This document shows positions 10,170 through 18,110 of a stretch of DNA of 64,000 nt, in pieces (positions within the stretch are counted from its first letter, which is position 1; every line of letters starts with the position of its first letter). A program made the position numbers and the translations under genes. The notes beneath the pieces were generated by a model, which searched no databases, had not been told where the DNA came from, and saw only the letters and a list, made by a program, of their open reading frames with translations. The DNA comes from an uncultured bacterium (lineage in GTDB: Bacteria; Planctomycetota; SZUA-567; JAKLDR01): contig CALGYR010000006.1 of assembly GCA_937935355.1 (NCBI GenBank), positions 5,608 to 69,607 on the forward strand, given 5' to 3'.

Positions 10170-10355
10170 AAGCCTGCCGCCCTTCGCGCGGGGCCGTTTC
10201 AAGAAGACGGTTTTTTTGCCGCGGAGAAGCGGAGGCACAGAGCAGGCTCGGGAACGCGGCGGACAGCTCCTGCAGTGAAGAGCCCCGGCCGCGGACACGA
10301 TCCTGTCTCGGCGCCTCCGCGCCTCGGCGGTGAGCATCGGTTCCTGAAATGGCCC
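10170..10355 (+). ncRNA. Conserved non-coding element, copy A (terminator-like hairpin + ~140-nt conserved block)
   Basis: CCGTTTCaagaaGACGG followed by TTTTTTT (10187-10210), then 'GCCGCGGAGAAGCGGAGGCACAGAG...CCGCGGACACGATCCTGTCTCGGCGCCTCCGCGCCTCGGCGGTGAGCATCGGTTCCTG'. Function unknown; copy B is at 46205-46360. Confidence 0.3.
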
Positions 10356-10375
10356 TGACCCGGCTCATCGCATCC

Positions 10376-10403
10376 TTGACAGTCCGGCCCTCCGGCATAC
10401 AAT
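10376..10403 (+). promoter_or_regulatory. Near-consensus sigma-70 promoter for rpsJ (TTGACA-16-TACAAT)
   Basis: TTGACA at 10376-10381 and TACAAT at 10398-10403 with a 16-nt spacer, ~75 nt upstream of the rpsJ ATG. Confidence 0.5.
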
Positions 10404-10476
10404 ACCCCCCGCGACGCCCGAAGACGGTCTGCGGGCGCAGAAGCAACCCAAAGAGGTAGGTTCGTTCGGAGGCATC

Positions 10477-10785
10477 ATGGCGCAGAATCGGATTCGCATT
10501 CGCATGGAGGCGTACGACCACAAGCTGCTGGACCAGTCCGCCCAGACGATCGTCGAGGCGGCCAAGCGCACCGGCGCGCAGATCCACGGGCCCATCCCGC
10601 TGCCCACCAAGATCGAGCGCTACACCGTGCTGAGGAGTCCCCTGGCCGACAAGAAGAGCCGGGAGCAGTTCGAGATCCGCACGCACAAGCGCATCCTGGA
10701 CATCAGCGAGCCCAACGCCAAGACCATCGGCGCCCTGGGCAAGCTCACCGTCCCGGTCGGCGTGGACATCCGCATCAAGGCGTAG
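10477..10785 (+). CDS. rpsJ: 30S ribosomal protein S10
   Basis: '[76 protein letters not shown]' is near-identical in pattern to bacterial S10. RBS GGAGG upstream. It is not followed by rplC. Confidence 0.95.
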   Translation: MAQNRIRIRMEAYDHKLLDQSAQTIVEAAKRTGAQIHGPIPLPTKIERYTVLRSPLADKKSREQFEIRTHKRILDISEPNAKTIGALGKLTVPVGVDIRIKA

Positions 10786-10821
10786 CCGGTCGTACCCAGG
10801 TCCCTTCAGGAGGGTCGAGAC

Positions 10822-10911
10822 ATGTGCGGAAGCTGCGGCTGCAAGCCCAGGAAGAAGGCGGCCAAAAAGGCCGTCAAGAAGACCGCCAAGAAGGGCAAAA
10901 AGAAGAAGTAA
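10822..10911 (+). CDS. Candidate 29-aa Cys-x2-Cys-x-Cys / poly-Lys peptide (MCGSCGCKPRKKAAKKAVKKTAKKGKKKK)
   Basis: ATG 10822 is 7 nt after AGGAGG (10809-10814). GC3 is ~90% in this frame versus clearly lower in the overlapping 67-aa track ORF 10824..11027. No homolog recalled. Confidence 0.35.
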   Translation: MCGSCGCKPRKKAAKKAVKKTAKKGKKKK

Positions 10912-10993
10912 CAGCCCGACGCGGTCGGCAAACTGCGTTCAGGCGCGGTCTCATCCCCCGGGTGAGGCCGCGCTGTCTTAGGAGCCCAGATTG

Positions 10994-11086
10994 GCCACAG
11001 ATGCACACAGATAAACGCAGATCTTGAGCCTGGGATTGAGGCCGTCTGTCGGCCCCAATCTGTGTGCATCTGTGTTCATCTGTGGC
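10994..11086. repeat. CACAGATG decamer-repeat locus 1 (inverted pair of 10-bp-phased direct repeats) abutting the LarA-like RBS
   Basis: 10994-11023 GCCACAGATGCACACAGATAAACGCAGATC; 11058-11086 ATCTGTGTGCATCTGTGTTCATCTGTGGC in opposite orientation. Confidence 0.6.
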
Positions 11087-11102
11087 TACCAGGAGAGATG
11101 CC

Positions 11103-12332
11103 ATGGTTGATGCCGCCCCGATGAAGCCGCTCACCGAGGAACAGGTCCGCGCCGCGCTCGAGAAGGGCCTGCGGCCCGAGCAGTTCGCCGGCAAGACCGT
11201 CCTGGTGGTCATCCCCGACTCGACCCGCACCGCGCCGGTGGCGCAGTTCTACCGGCTGCTCTGCGAGATGGTCGGCCCGCGCGCGAAGAAGCTCGACTTC
11301 CTGGTGGCCCTGGGCACGCACATGGCCATGTCCGAGGAGGCCATCATGAAGCTGGTCGGGGCCACCCGCGAGCAGCTCGCGCGGCACCCGGTCTTCAACC
11401 ACGAGTTCCGGGACCCCAAGGAGCTCGTGCAGGTCGGCACCTTCAGCAACGCGGACGTCGAGGAGATCTCCGGCGGGCTGATGAGCTGCTCGGTGCCGGT
11501 GGAGGTCAACCGCCGGGTCAACGAGTACGACCAGCTCGTCCTGGTCGGCCCGGTCTTCCCCCACGAGGTGGTCGGCTTCTCCGGCGGCAACAAGTACCTC
11601 TTCCCGGGCATCGCCGGCGCCCGGATCATCGACATGTTCCACTGGCTGGGCGCGCTGATCACCAACGTCTGCATCATCGGCACGGCCGAGACCCCCGTCC
11701 GGAAGGTCGTGGAGCGCGCCGCGGCGATGGTCAAGACCCCCAAGCTCGCCTGCTGCATGGTGGTCGACCACGGCGAGCTCGTCGGCCTGGAGGTCGACGA
11801 GCCCTACGCGGCCTGGAAGCGCGCCGCGGAGCTGAGCGACCGGCTGCACATCGTCTACCACGAGAAGCCGTACAAGAGCGTGCTCTCCTGCGCACCGCAC
11901 ATGTACGACGACATCTGGACGGCCGGCAAGTGCATGTACAAGCTCGAGCCGGTGGTGGCCGACGGCGGCGAGCTCATCATCTACGCCCCGCACGTCACCG
12001 AGATCAGCTACACCCACGGGAAGGTCATCGACGAGGTCGGCTACCACTGCCGCGACTTCTTCGCCAGGCAGTGGGACAAGTACAGCCGGTACCCGTGGGG
12101 GGTGCTGGCCCACTCGACGCACGTCAAGGGCGCCGGGATGTTCGATGGCGGCCAGGAATGCCCGCGCGTGAACGTGGTGCTGGCCACCGCCATCCCCGAG
12201 GAGCGCTGCCGGAAGGTCAACCTCGGCTACCGCGATCCGAAGTCCATCGACCCCAAGCAGTGGATGAACCGCGAGGCCGAGGGCTACCTCTACGTCCAGA
12301 AGGCCGGGGAGATGCTCTACCGGCTGAAGTAG
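11103..12332 (+). CDS. LarA-like (lactate racemase family, DUF2088) protein
   Basis: 'LVVIPDSTRTAP', 'ALGTHMAM' and 'FPHEVVGFSGGNKYLFPGI' resemble the LarA N-terminal domain and nickel-pincer site region. ATG 11103 is preceded by AGGAGA; the track start 11064 lies inside a repeat. Confidence 0.75.
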   Translation: MVDAAPMKPLTEEQVRAALEKGLRPEQFAGKTVLVVIPDSTRTAPVAQFYRLLCEMVGPRAKKLDFLVALGTHMAMSEEAIMKLVGATREQLARHPVFNHEFRDPKELVQVGTFSNADVEEISGGLMSCSVPVEVNRRVNEYDQLVLVGPVFPHEVVGFSGGNKYLFPGIAGARIIDMFHWLGALITNVCIIGTAETPVRKVVERAAAMVKTPKLACCMVVDHGELVGLEVDEPYAAWKRAAELSDRLHIVYHEKPYKSVLSCAPHMYDDIWTAGKCMYKLEPVVADGGELIIYAPHVTEISYTHGKVIDEVGYHCRDFFARQWDKYSRYPWGVLAHSTHVKGAGMFDGGQECPRVNVVLATAIPEERCRKVNLGYRDPKSIDPKQWMNREAEGYLYVQKAGEMLYRLK

Positions 12333-12430
12333 CCGCGCCGGACGCGAAGGGAAGCATCTTCAGAGCTGCCGTAAAGAACTCCTGGGACAGGGTGTTCGAC
12401 GAATAGGCGCCTCATGCAGGCGAATGCCCG

Positions 12431-12470
12431 GCGGCCGCGGGCTCGATCGAAGAGCCCGCGGCCGCTTTGG
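12431..12470 (+). terminator. GC-rich perfect hairpin (13-bp stem, 7-nt loop) followed by CTTTGGGGG between convergent genes
   Basis: CGGCCGCGGGCTC-gatcgaa-GAGCCCGCGGCCG then cttTggggg; sits between the LarA-like (+) and ECF-fusion (-) 3' ends. Confidence 0.4.
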
Positions 12471-12507
12471 GGGTCCTGGATTTACGCGGTGCTCGTGCCG
12501 CTGTGCG

Positions 12508-14871
12508 TCACGGGTTCGATGCCATCCAGGCCGCCTTGTCGCCGGGCTGGATCTCGCCGGTGACTCGAACCAGTTCCGCCATGGCGCTGTTCGGCTGGAC
12601 GCCGACCACTCTGGCGGTGGCGATCTTGTTGCCGGCGCGCTCGATCTCGAACTCGAAGCCGGTCTTCACGCCCTGCTCGAAGCCGGCGTCGAGAATCGCC
12701 TTGCCGTCCGGGACGAGGTCGGCCACCGCGCAGGTGATGCCCTTGCCCGCCGCCGCCCCGCCTTTGTCGTCACGCGCAGGATCTGGCTTGTAGAGCCACA
12801 CCTTGCTGCCCGCCCACATGGTTACGCCGTACTCCGGGATGAACGTTACCACCTCGAACTTGACATTGACATCGTCGGTGATCGGCCGGTACTCGTCCAT
12901 TTTGCTGTCGAACTCCACCAGCCGTTTCCCCGAGTGGAACAGGTAGCGGCCCGAGAGCGGGTCCACCGTCAGAGAGTCGTTCCGGATGGTCAGACTGTCC
13001 GTAGACGGGAAATCCTTCATCTTCCTGAACTTGCCGTCCTTGTCTATTACGGCGACGGCGTGCGAGTCGTTCCCGCCGGCGAAGAGCACCTCCTGGCGGA
13101 AAGGATTGTGCCGGGCCAGGCTGTGGTAGCCGTGAACGGGGAACTTCCCCAGATTCTGCCAGGCCTTTTTCTCCTCGCTGTACGCCGAGAGACCTTCGCC
13201 CCTCTCCAGGGAGAGAAGGCAGTCCATGGCCGAGAAGTATTCCCAGGTCATGCCGCCGCCGCCGCTGGGAACATTGGACCACTTGCCGGTGCGGATGTCG
13301 TAGCACGCGCCGCTGGTGAAGAAACGGCTTCTCTCGGAGTCCAGGGAGTTTTGCGAGTACTGATGGCCGAACTTCTGCAGAATCGCCGGCGCGTTCGGCT
13401 CCCCATCGAAGGGGATGTTCCGCCAGGCGTTCTTCTCCTCGGAGTAGGCCACCAGCTTGCGCGACTGGCGCACCCCGAAGTACAGGCACTGCCCCGTATG
13501 GCTGTCCCAGTGGGCGTCGTCCGACCAGGTCGCGATGCTCAGCCCCTTGGAGGGGCCGACCTTGGGGGCGCCCCAAAGCCCCGCGGGCATCTCGGTCTTG
13601 AGCTCGGCCCAGTCGCCGGGCTTCATCGAGGCGGCCAGCTTGGAAAGCTCGGTCTTGCCGCGCCGGGCCTCCGACGCCTTCCTGGCGGCCTCGTTACCGG
13701 GAATCCAGGCGCCGCCGCCGGGCTGGGCCGATCCCGCCTGTGACGCCGGTTGAGCCACTACGCGGAACCGCGTCGCAGCCCTGTCGCCGACCTGGACTTG
13801 GCCCGTGGCGCTGACCAACTCGGCGATGGCGGTCTTGGGCTCGACGGCGGTGACTCTGACTATGCCGACCTTCTGGCCATCGCGATCGACGTCCAGCTCG
13901 AAGTCCGGCCTGAGTCCCTGGTCCGCGCCGGCCGAGAGTTCCACCCTGCCGCCGCCAAGCAGGGCGGTCACCCGGCACTCGAGGACATCGTCTTTCGCCG
14001 CCGTCCCGACCTTTTGGATCGTGGATTCGGCCGCCAGAAGTCTGGTCGCCAACGCCCCGCCCCCGCCGACGACGGCCAACACCGCCGCGCAGACGGCTGC
14101 CGCCACCTTGATCTTCGTCCAGAACATCATCCTCAGCACTCCTTCCGCCAATTGCACGGGCACGGCATACTGTGCCCCCGCGATCCCTGCCGCCCCCGTC
14201 GCGACGCCGGTCGCCGCGAGCTTCGAGGTCGCCAGGATGGATGGAAGGAGCGCGGCGGGCATCGCTGCGCCGGCCTCGGCGTCGAGGACTGCGATGAGCC
14301 CCGCAGCCGAAAGCACCGCACCGTGCTGCGCCAGCCGCTCGCGCAGGCGGTCCAGGCCGATCTGCGCCCGGCGGGCCAGTGTCCCCTGCGGGCAGCCCGC
14401 CAACCGCGCGGCCTCCTCCTGGGAATGGCCCTCGAGGTAGCGGAGGAGCACCGCCTGGCGCTGGGCGGACGGCAGGGCGTCGATCTCGCGGTCGAGCATG
14501 GCCAACGCCTCGTTCCTGCCCGACTCGCCTCCCGCCTCCCGCCCCCCGTCCCCGCCCTGCACCGGCCTGATCATGGCCGCCTCCTCTTCGTGCCGGATGC
14601 GGCGGGCACGGCTCCGGACAGCCATGCGCCCAACGTTGCCGGCCACTCCGTGGAGCCATCCTGCCAGGCTCGCCACTGGGCGGAACGCACGGGGCTCTCT
14701 GGCCAGGGCCAGGAAGACGGCCTGCGTGGCCTCCTCGGCGTCGTGTCCGTTGCCGAGCAGGCGCAGGCAGGTCCGGTAGACCATCCGGCTGTGGCGGGAG
14801 ACGAGCTCGGCGAAGGCCGCCTCGCTCCCGCCGGACGCGTAGTCCGCCAGCAGTTCCTGGTCCGTACGCAT
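12508..14871 (-). CDS. ECF sigma-70 factor fused to a transmembrane helix and an extracytoplasmic Kelch-like beta-propeller flanked by two copies of a ~65-aa domain
   Basis: N-terminus 'MRTDQELLADYASGGSEAAFAELVSRHSRMVYRTCLRLL...QAVFLALAREP' (sigma-70 region 2) and '...LPSAQRQAVLLRYLEGHSQEEAARLAGCPQGTLARRAQIGLDRLRERL' (region 4). Then TM 'IKVAAAVCAAVLAVVGGGGAL', then a propeller ('...GVTMWAGSKVWLYKPD'), in one uninterrupted 788-799-aa frame. Start is uncertain: ATG 14871 chosen; TTG 14907 and ATG 14901 are alternatives. Confidence 0.75.
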   Translation of the reverse strand: MRTDQELLADYASGGSEAAFAELVSRHSRMVYRTCLRLLGNGHDAEEATQAVFLALAREPRAFRPVASLAGWLHGVAGNVGRMAVRSRARRIRHEEEAAMIRPVQGGDGGREAGGESGRNEALAMLDREIDALPSAQRQAVLLRYLEGHSQEEAARLAGCPQGTLARRAQIGLDRLRERLAQHGAVLSAAGLIAVLDAEAGAAMPAALLPSILATSKLAATGVATGAAGIAGAQYAVPVQLAEGVLRMMFWTKIKVAAAVCAAVLAVVGGGGALATRLLAAESTIQKVGTAAKDDVLECRVTALLGGGRVELSAGADQGLRPDFELDVDRDGQKVGIVRVTAVEPKTAIAELVSATGQVQVGDRAATRFRVVAQPASQAGSAQPGGGAWIPGNEAARKASEARRGKTELSKLAASMKPGDWAELKTEMPAGLWGAPKVGPSKGLSIATWSDDAHWDSHTGQCLYFGVRQSRKLVAYSEEKNAWRNIPFDGEPNAPAILQKFGHQYSQNSLDSERSRFFTSGACYDIRTGKWSNVPSGGGGMTWEYFSAMDCLLSLERGEGLSAYSEEKKAWQNLGKFPVHGYHSLARHNPFRQEVLFAGGNDSHAVAVIDKDGKFRKMKDFPSTDSLTIRNDSLTVDPLSGRYLFHSGKRLVEFDSKMDEYRPITDDVNVKFEVVTFIPEYGVTMWAGSKVWLYKPDPARDDKGGAAAGKGITCAVADLVPDGKAILDAGFEQGVKTGFEFEIERAGNKIATARVVGVQPNSAMAELVRVTGEIQPGDKAAWMASNP

Positions 14872-14994
14872 GGCCACAAAGTTACCCACCGCTCCCTCCA
14901 TCCGCAATGAAGTTGCCGGAGGGGGAGGCCGTGTTCAACGAAAGGCGGCGAATCCTGGAACCGCAACGGCCACGGACCATGCCGGGGAGACACC

Positions 14995-17778
14995 CTACCG
15001 GCCGAAGCAGGCCGGCGCGGCCCGCTCCGCCGCCCGGCGCGATTCCTCCTTCTCTCCCGCGTTCCAGGCGGTCTTGGCGAGCGTGTCCCAGTTCTCCCGG
15101 CAGCGGTCGTCGAGCCGCACGGCCTGGCGCGAGCGCTCCAGCGCCTCCCGGGGGCGGTCGAGCGCCGAGAGCGCCGCAGCCAGGTCGCGCAGCAGGTAGT
15201 CGCGCGCCGGGCCCAGGGCGAGCGCTTCCTCGATCAGTTCCCGGGCCAGGTCCGGGCGCCCGGAGCGCAGGGCCTCCCCGCCCATCCAGCCCAGCAGTGT
15301 CCAGAGCGCGTAGGACGGCTCCGGCGCCGCCGGATCGAGGTCGCGCGCCTGGCGCAGCTTACGGAGGGAGGTCTGCGCATCGCCGGCCGAGGCGGCCGAG
15401 AGCAGCCCCTCGGCCAGCAGCCGGCGGGACATGCGCAGCTTGGACTCCGGGCCGTCGGGGATCGCGCCCGGTCCCGGCTCCCAGAGCCGGGTGACCACCG
15501 TCTCAAGGTTGCGCACGCCCCACTCGCCGCTTCGCGCCAGGCGTCCCTGCGAGAGCAGTTCGGCCAGAGGCAGGTCGTCGCTCGAGGGCCGCGCGCCGTG
15601 GGCCAGTTCCCGGAGCTGCTCCGGCCCGGCCACGCGGTGGGCGAGGACCGCCCCGGGCGAGCCCAGGCCCAGATCGGCGAGCTCCGCGGGCTTGAGCCTT
15701 GAGGACCGGATGCGCGCGGCGAGCTCCCCGGGCTCGGTCGCCACGGCCGCCGGGCCGCGCGAGCCCAGCAGCATGACCACCGGGCGATAGGCGTCCAGGC
15801 ATCCGACCCAGAGGGTCGCGTCCGGGAAGACCTCCAGGAAGGAGCGCACTACCGCGCTGAAAGCCTCCGGCGGCAACTGGAAGAGCGGGATCCACTGGGC
15901 GAAGAGGCCGTCCCCGGCCAGCCGGCTCCGCGCCAGCCGGAAGTACTCCAGCGAGAAGAGGCCGCCGGCCCCCGCGTCCTCCGGGAAGACTATGTCGGTG
16001 ACGATGAGCTCGAACCGGCCGCGCTCGGCGAGCAGCCGCGAGCGGCCGTCGGCGACGCTCACGGCGAAGGTCGCGACCGAATTGTGCGGCCGGAAGGCCC
16101 CGGCGGCGCGCGCCACCGCCGGGGAGAGCTCGGCGCACTCCACCGGGCGGCCCGGCGCCGCGGCGGCGCTCCAGGCGGCGGTTACGCCCGAGCCCAGGCC
16201 GACGTGCAGCGTGCGACCCCGCGCAGCCGGACAGAGCAGGGCCGGCAGCGCGCCCATCCGCTTCTCGACGCGCAGCCACGGCGTCGTGTCCTCGGCCTGC
16301 ATCTTGGGGCCGATGTACAGGCGCCGGACCCGGCGGCCCTCGCTGGGCTCGCGTTCCGCGACGAGGGAGACGACCGCCTCGAGGTCCTCGGTCTGCGACT
16401 CGAGCACGGGCTCGGCCTCCGGGGCGGTCCCCAGGGCACGGAGGCCGTATAGCTCCGTCTGCGCCGCCGGCAGCACCGCCGCGGGCAGCGCCAGGATGAT
16501 CAGCCAGCGCCCGGCCGCGCCGAGCCGGCTGCCCCGGCGAGCCGACCAGAAGGCCAGGACCAGAGCGGCGAGGACGGCTGCGCCGCCGAGGGCGGCCAGG
16601 GTCCACCTGGTGCCCAGGAGGGGCAGGAGGACCAGCGCCCCGACGACCGGACCGGCCACCGAGCCGAGGTCGAGCGCCGCGGCCGCGCCGCCGACCGAGC
16701 GGCCCACGCGGCCGGCCGAGGGGGAGAGCAGGTGGACGAGGAGCGGGAAGGCCGCGCCGAGCGCCAGCATGGCCGGCGCGCAGGCGGCGAAGGCGATGGT
16801 CAGGCTTCCGGAGCCGCGCCCCATGGCCGCGAGCGTCGGCACGGAGAGCCCGGCGAACGCCCCCCCGAGGGCCAGGAGCACCGCGAGCGCCGGCGCCGCC
16901 GACAGGGCCGAGGGCTTGCGGATCAGCCAGCCGCCCAGAAAGGAGCCGGCGCCGAGGGCCAGGATGCAGACCGCCGAGACCGCGGCGAAGGCCCGGATGG
17001 TGCTCGACGAGCCGAAGAGCACCGCACGCAACTGGGCGAGCTCGACGCACAGGACCAGCGCGCCGGCCAGACCGGCGAGGACCAGAGCCGCGGCGCGCGG
17101 CAGGGCCCGGGCTTCCTGTTGCCGGGCCGGCCCGGCGGTGTGCCTGGCGCGCTTCTCGTCGGGCGTGGTCGGATCGCGGGCCAGGAAGAAGCCGGCCGCC
17201 GCCGCGGCGAGGCTGAGCCCGGCGGCCAGGACCACGCTCAGCCGCAGGCCCAGGGCCGGGATGAGCAGCCAGGCCGCCGCGAGCGCGCCGGCCGCGGCCC
17301 CCAGGCAGTTGGCGGCGTGCAGCCGCCCGGCGATGCGCGCGGCGGCGCCCTCGCGACCGGCGGCCGCCCAGCGCGCGACCACGGGAAACGCCCCGCCCAT
17401 CAGACCGGCAGGCAGGAAGAGGAAGAGCGCGGCCAGGGCGAAGCGGGCCGCGCCCGCGGTCAGGGCGCCCGAACCGGCCGGGACCAGGGCGGAGTAGACG
17501 GGCGGCAGCGCCGCGGGCACGGCGAGCAGCGCCGCCCCGCAGAGCGCCGCGCCTAGTTGCAGCAGAGCGAAGAGCCTTCGCGGAGACGCGGAGCGGTCGC
17601 CGATCCGTCCGAACCAGGCCGCCCCGGCGGCCAGCCCGCCCAGGTAGGCGGCCAGCACCGCGGCGGCCGCCGGCGCCGTGCCGCCATAGCTCAGTGCAAA
17701 CCAGCGCGCCCAGACCACCTCGTGGACTAGGCCGGCGAAGCCGGTCAGGAAGAGCAGCAGCGCGAACACGGGCCCCAT
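14995..17778 (-). CDS. Spermidine-synthase-like fused membrane protein (N-terminal multi-TM domain, SpeE-like SAM-dependent domain, C-terminal TPR-like tail)
   Basis: About 12 predicted TM segments (Ala/Leu-rich). Then 'LHVGLGSGVTAAW' (SAM-binding GxGxG) and 'DIVFPEDAGAGGLFSLEYFRLARSRLAGDGLFAQW' (SpeE-like). Start set at the internal ATG 17778 because a MITE-like element overlaps the track start 17835. Confidence 0.7.
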   Translation of the reverse strand: MGPVFALLLFLTGFAGLVHEVVWARWFALSYGGTAPAAAAVLAAYLGGLAAGAAWFGRIGDRSASPRRLFALLQLGAALCGAALLAVPAALPPVYSALVPAGSGALTAGAARFALAALFLFLPAGLMGGAFPVVARWAAAGREGAAARIAGRLHAANCLGAAAGALAAAWLLIPALGLRLSVVLAAGLSLAAAAAGFFLARDPTTPDEKRARHTAGPARQQEARALPRAAALVLAGLAGALVLCVELAQLRAVLFGSSSTIRAFAAVSAVCILALGAGSFLGGWLIRKPSALSAAPALAVLLALGGAFAGLSVPTLAAMGRGSGSLTIAFAACAPAMLALGAAFPLLVHLLSPSAGRVGRSVGGAAAALDLGSVAGPVVGALVLLPLLGTRWTLAALGGAAVLAALVLAFWSARRGSRLGAAGRWLIILALPAAVLPAAQTELYGLRALGTAPEAEPVLESQTEDLEAVVSLVAEREPSEGRRVRRLYIGPKMQAEDTTPWLRVEKRMGALPALLCPAARGRTLHVGLGSGVTAAWSAAAAPGRPVECAELSPAVARAAGAFRPHNSVATFAVSVADGRSRLLAERGRFELIVTDIVFPEDAGAGGLFSLEYFRLARSRLAGDGLFAQWIPLFQLPPEAFSAVVRSFLEVFPDATLWVGCLDAYRPVVMLLGSRGPAAVATEPGELAARIRSSRLKPAELADLGLGSPGAVLAHRVAGPEQLRELAHGARPSSDDLPLAELLSQGRLARSGEWGVRNLETVVTRLWEPGPGAIPDGPESKLRMSRRLLAEGLLSAASAGDAQTSLRKLRQARDLDPAAPEPSYALWTLLGWMGGEALRSGRPDLARELIEEALALGPARDYLLRDLAAALSALDRPREALERSRQAVRLDDRCRENWDTLAKTAWNAGEKEESRRAAERAAPACFGR

Positions 17779-17815
17779 TCTACACCGGGCGGGCGGGAAG
17801 TCACGCCGGTCCGGG

Positions 17816-18009
17816 CGTTCCCCAGGGTCTTTCAATTTTGCCCAACGGGCCTACAACTTGGGGCCGGCGGTGCTATCGCCGCCGGCCCCAAGTTCCCTCC
17901 AGAGCCGATCCTCGCTCGAGAGCAGGGGACCGAAAGCCAAGTCCTGACAGCAGGACTTGGCTTTCAGGTAGGCCCGTTGGGCAGAATTAAGAGACCCTGG
18001 GGCGTTCCC
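17816..18009. mobile_element. MITE-like structured element: 39/42-bp terminal inverted repeats enclosing two perfect hairpins
   Basis: Left arm 17816-17854 (CGTTCCCCAGGGTCTTTCAATTTTGCCCAACGGGCCTAC) is the near-exact reverse complement of right arm 17968-18009. Internal palindromes: 17855-17894 (AACTTGGGGCCGGCGG...CCGCCGGCCCCAAGTT) and 17932-17965 (GAAAGCCAAGTCCTG...CAGGACTTGGCTTTC). Confidence 0.5.
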
Positions 18010-18029
18010 GCCCGAGCCGCAGAGCGCCG

Positions 18030-18110
18030 CTACCTGCCGGCCGCAGCCTTCTTGTACCGGTAGGCCCACATCGTCCCGTTGTCGCGGCCGTCGCAGGCGG
18101 TGTGCAGGTT
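18030..18110 (-). pseudogene. Out-of-frame 3' fragment of a Kelch-family gene ('NLHTACDGRDNGTMWAYRYKKAAAGR*') directly after the HEAT/Kelch gene stop
   Basis: 56 of 58 nt identical to the 3' end of the paralog at 37811..39169 (…GGTAGGCCCACATCGT[C/A]CCGTTGTCGCGGCCGTCGCAGGCGGTGTGCAGG), shifted +1 relative to the 18109..20781 reading frame. Confidence 0.45.

Noticed and set aside
10806-11069. ORFs translating the CACAGATG repeats as 'ICVHLW' peptides (10806..11069 -, 59755..60069 +, 11064 start of the LarA-like gene)
   Set aside because: The same hexapeptide arises purely from the DNA repeat in non-coding contexts; only the lipoprotein copy (54154-54185) is inside a supported CDS.
15503-17497. 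Long ORFs 15503..17050 (-) and 15992..17497 (+) of 500 aa each
   Set aside because: Alternative-frame/antisense artefacts inside the spermidine-synthase-like membrane protein gene; Arg/Pro/Gly-rich.
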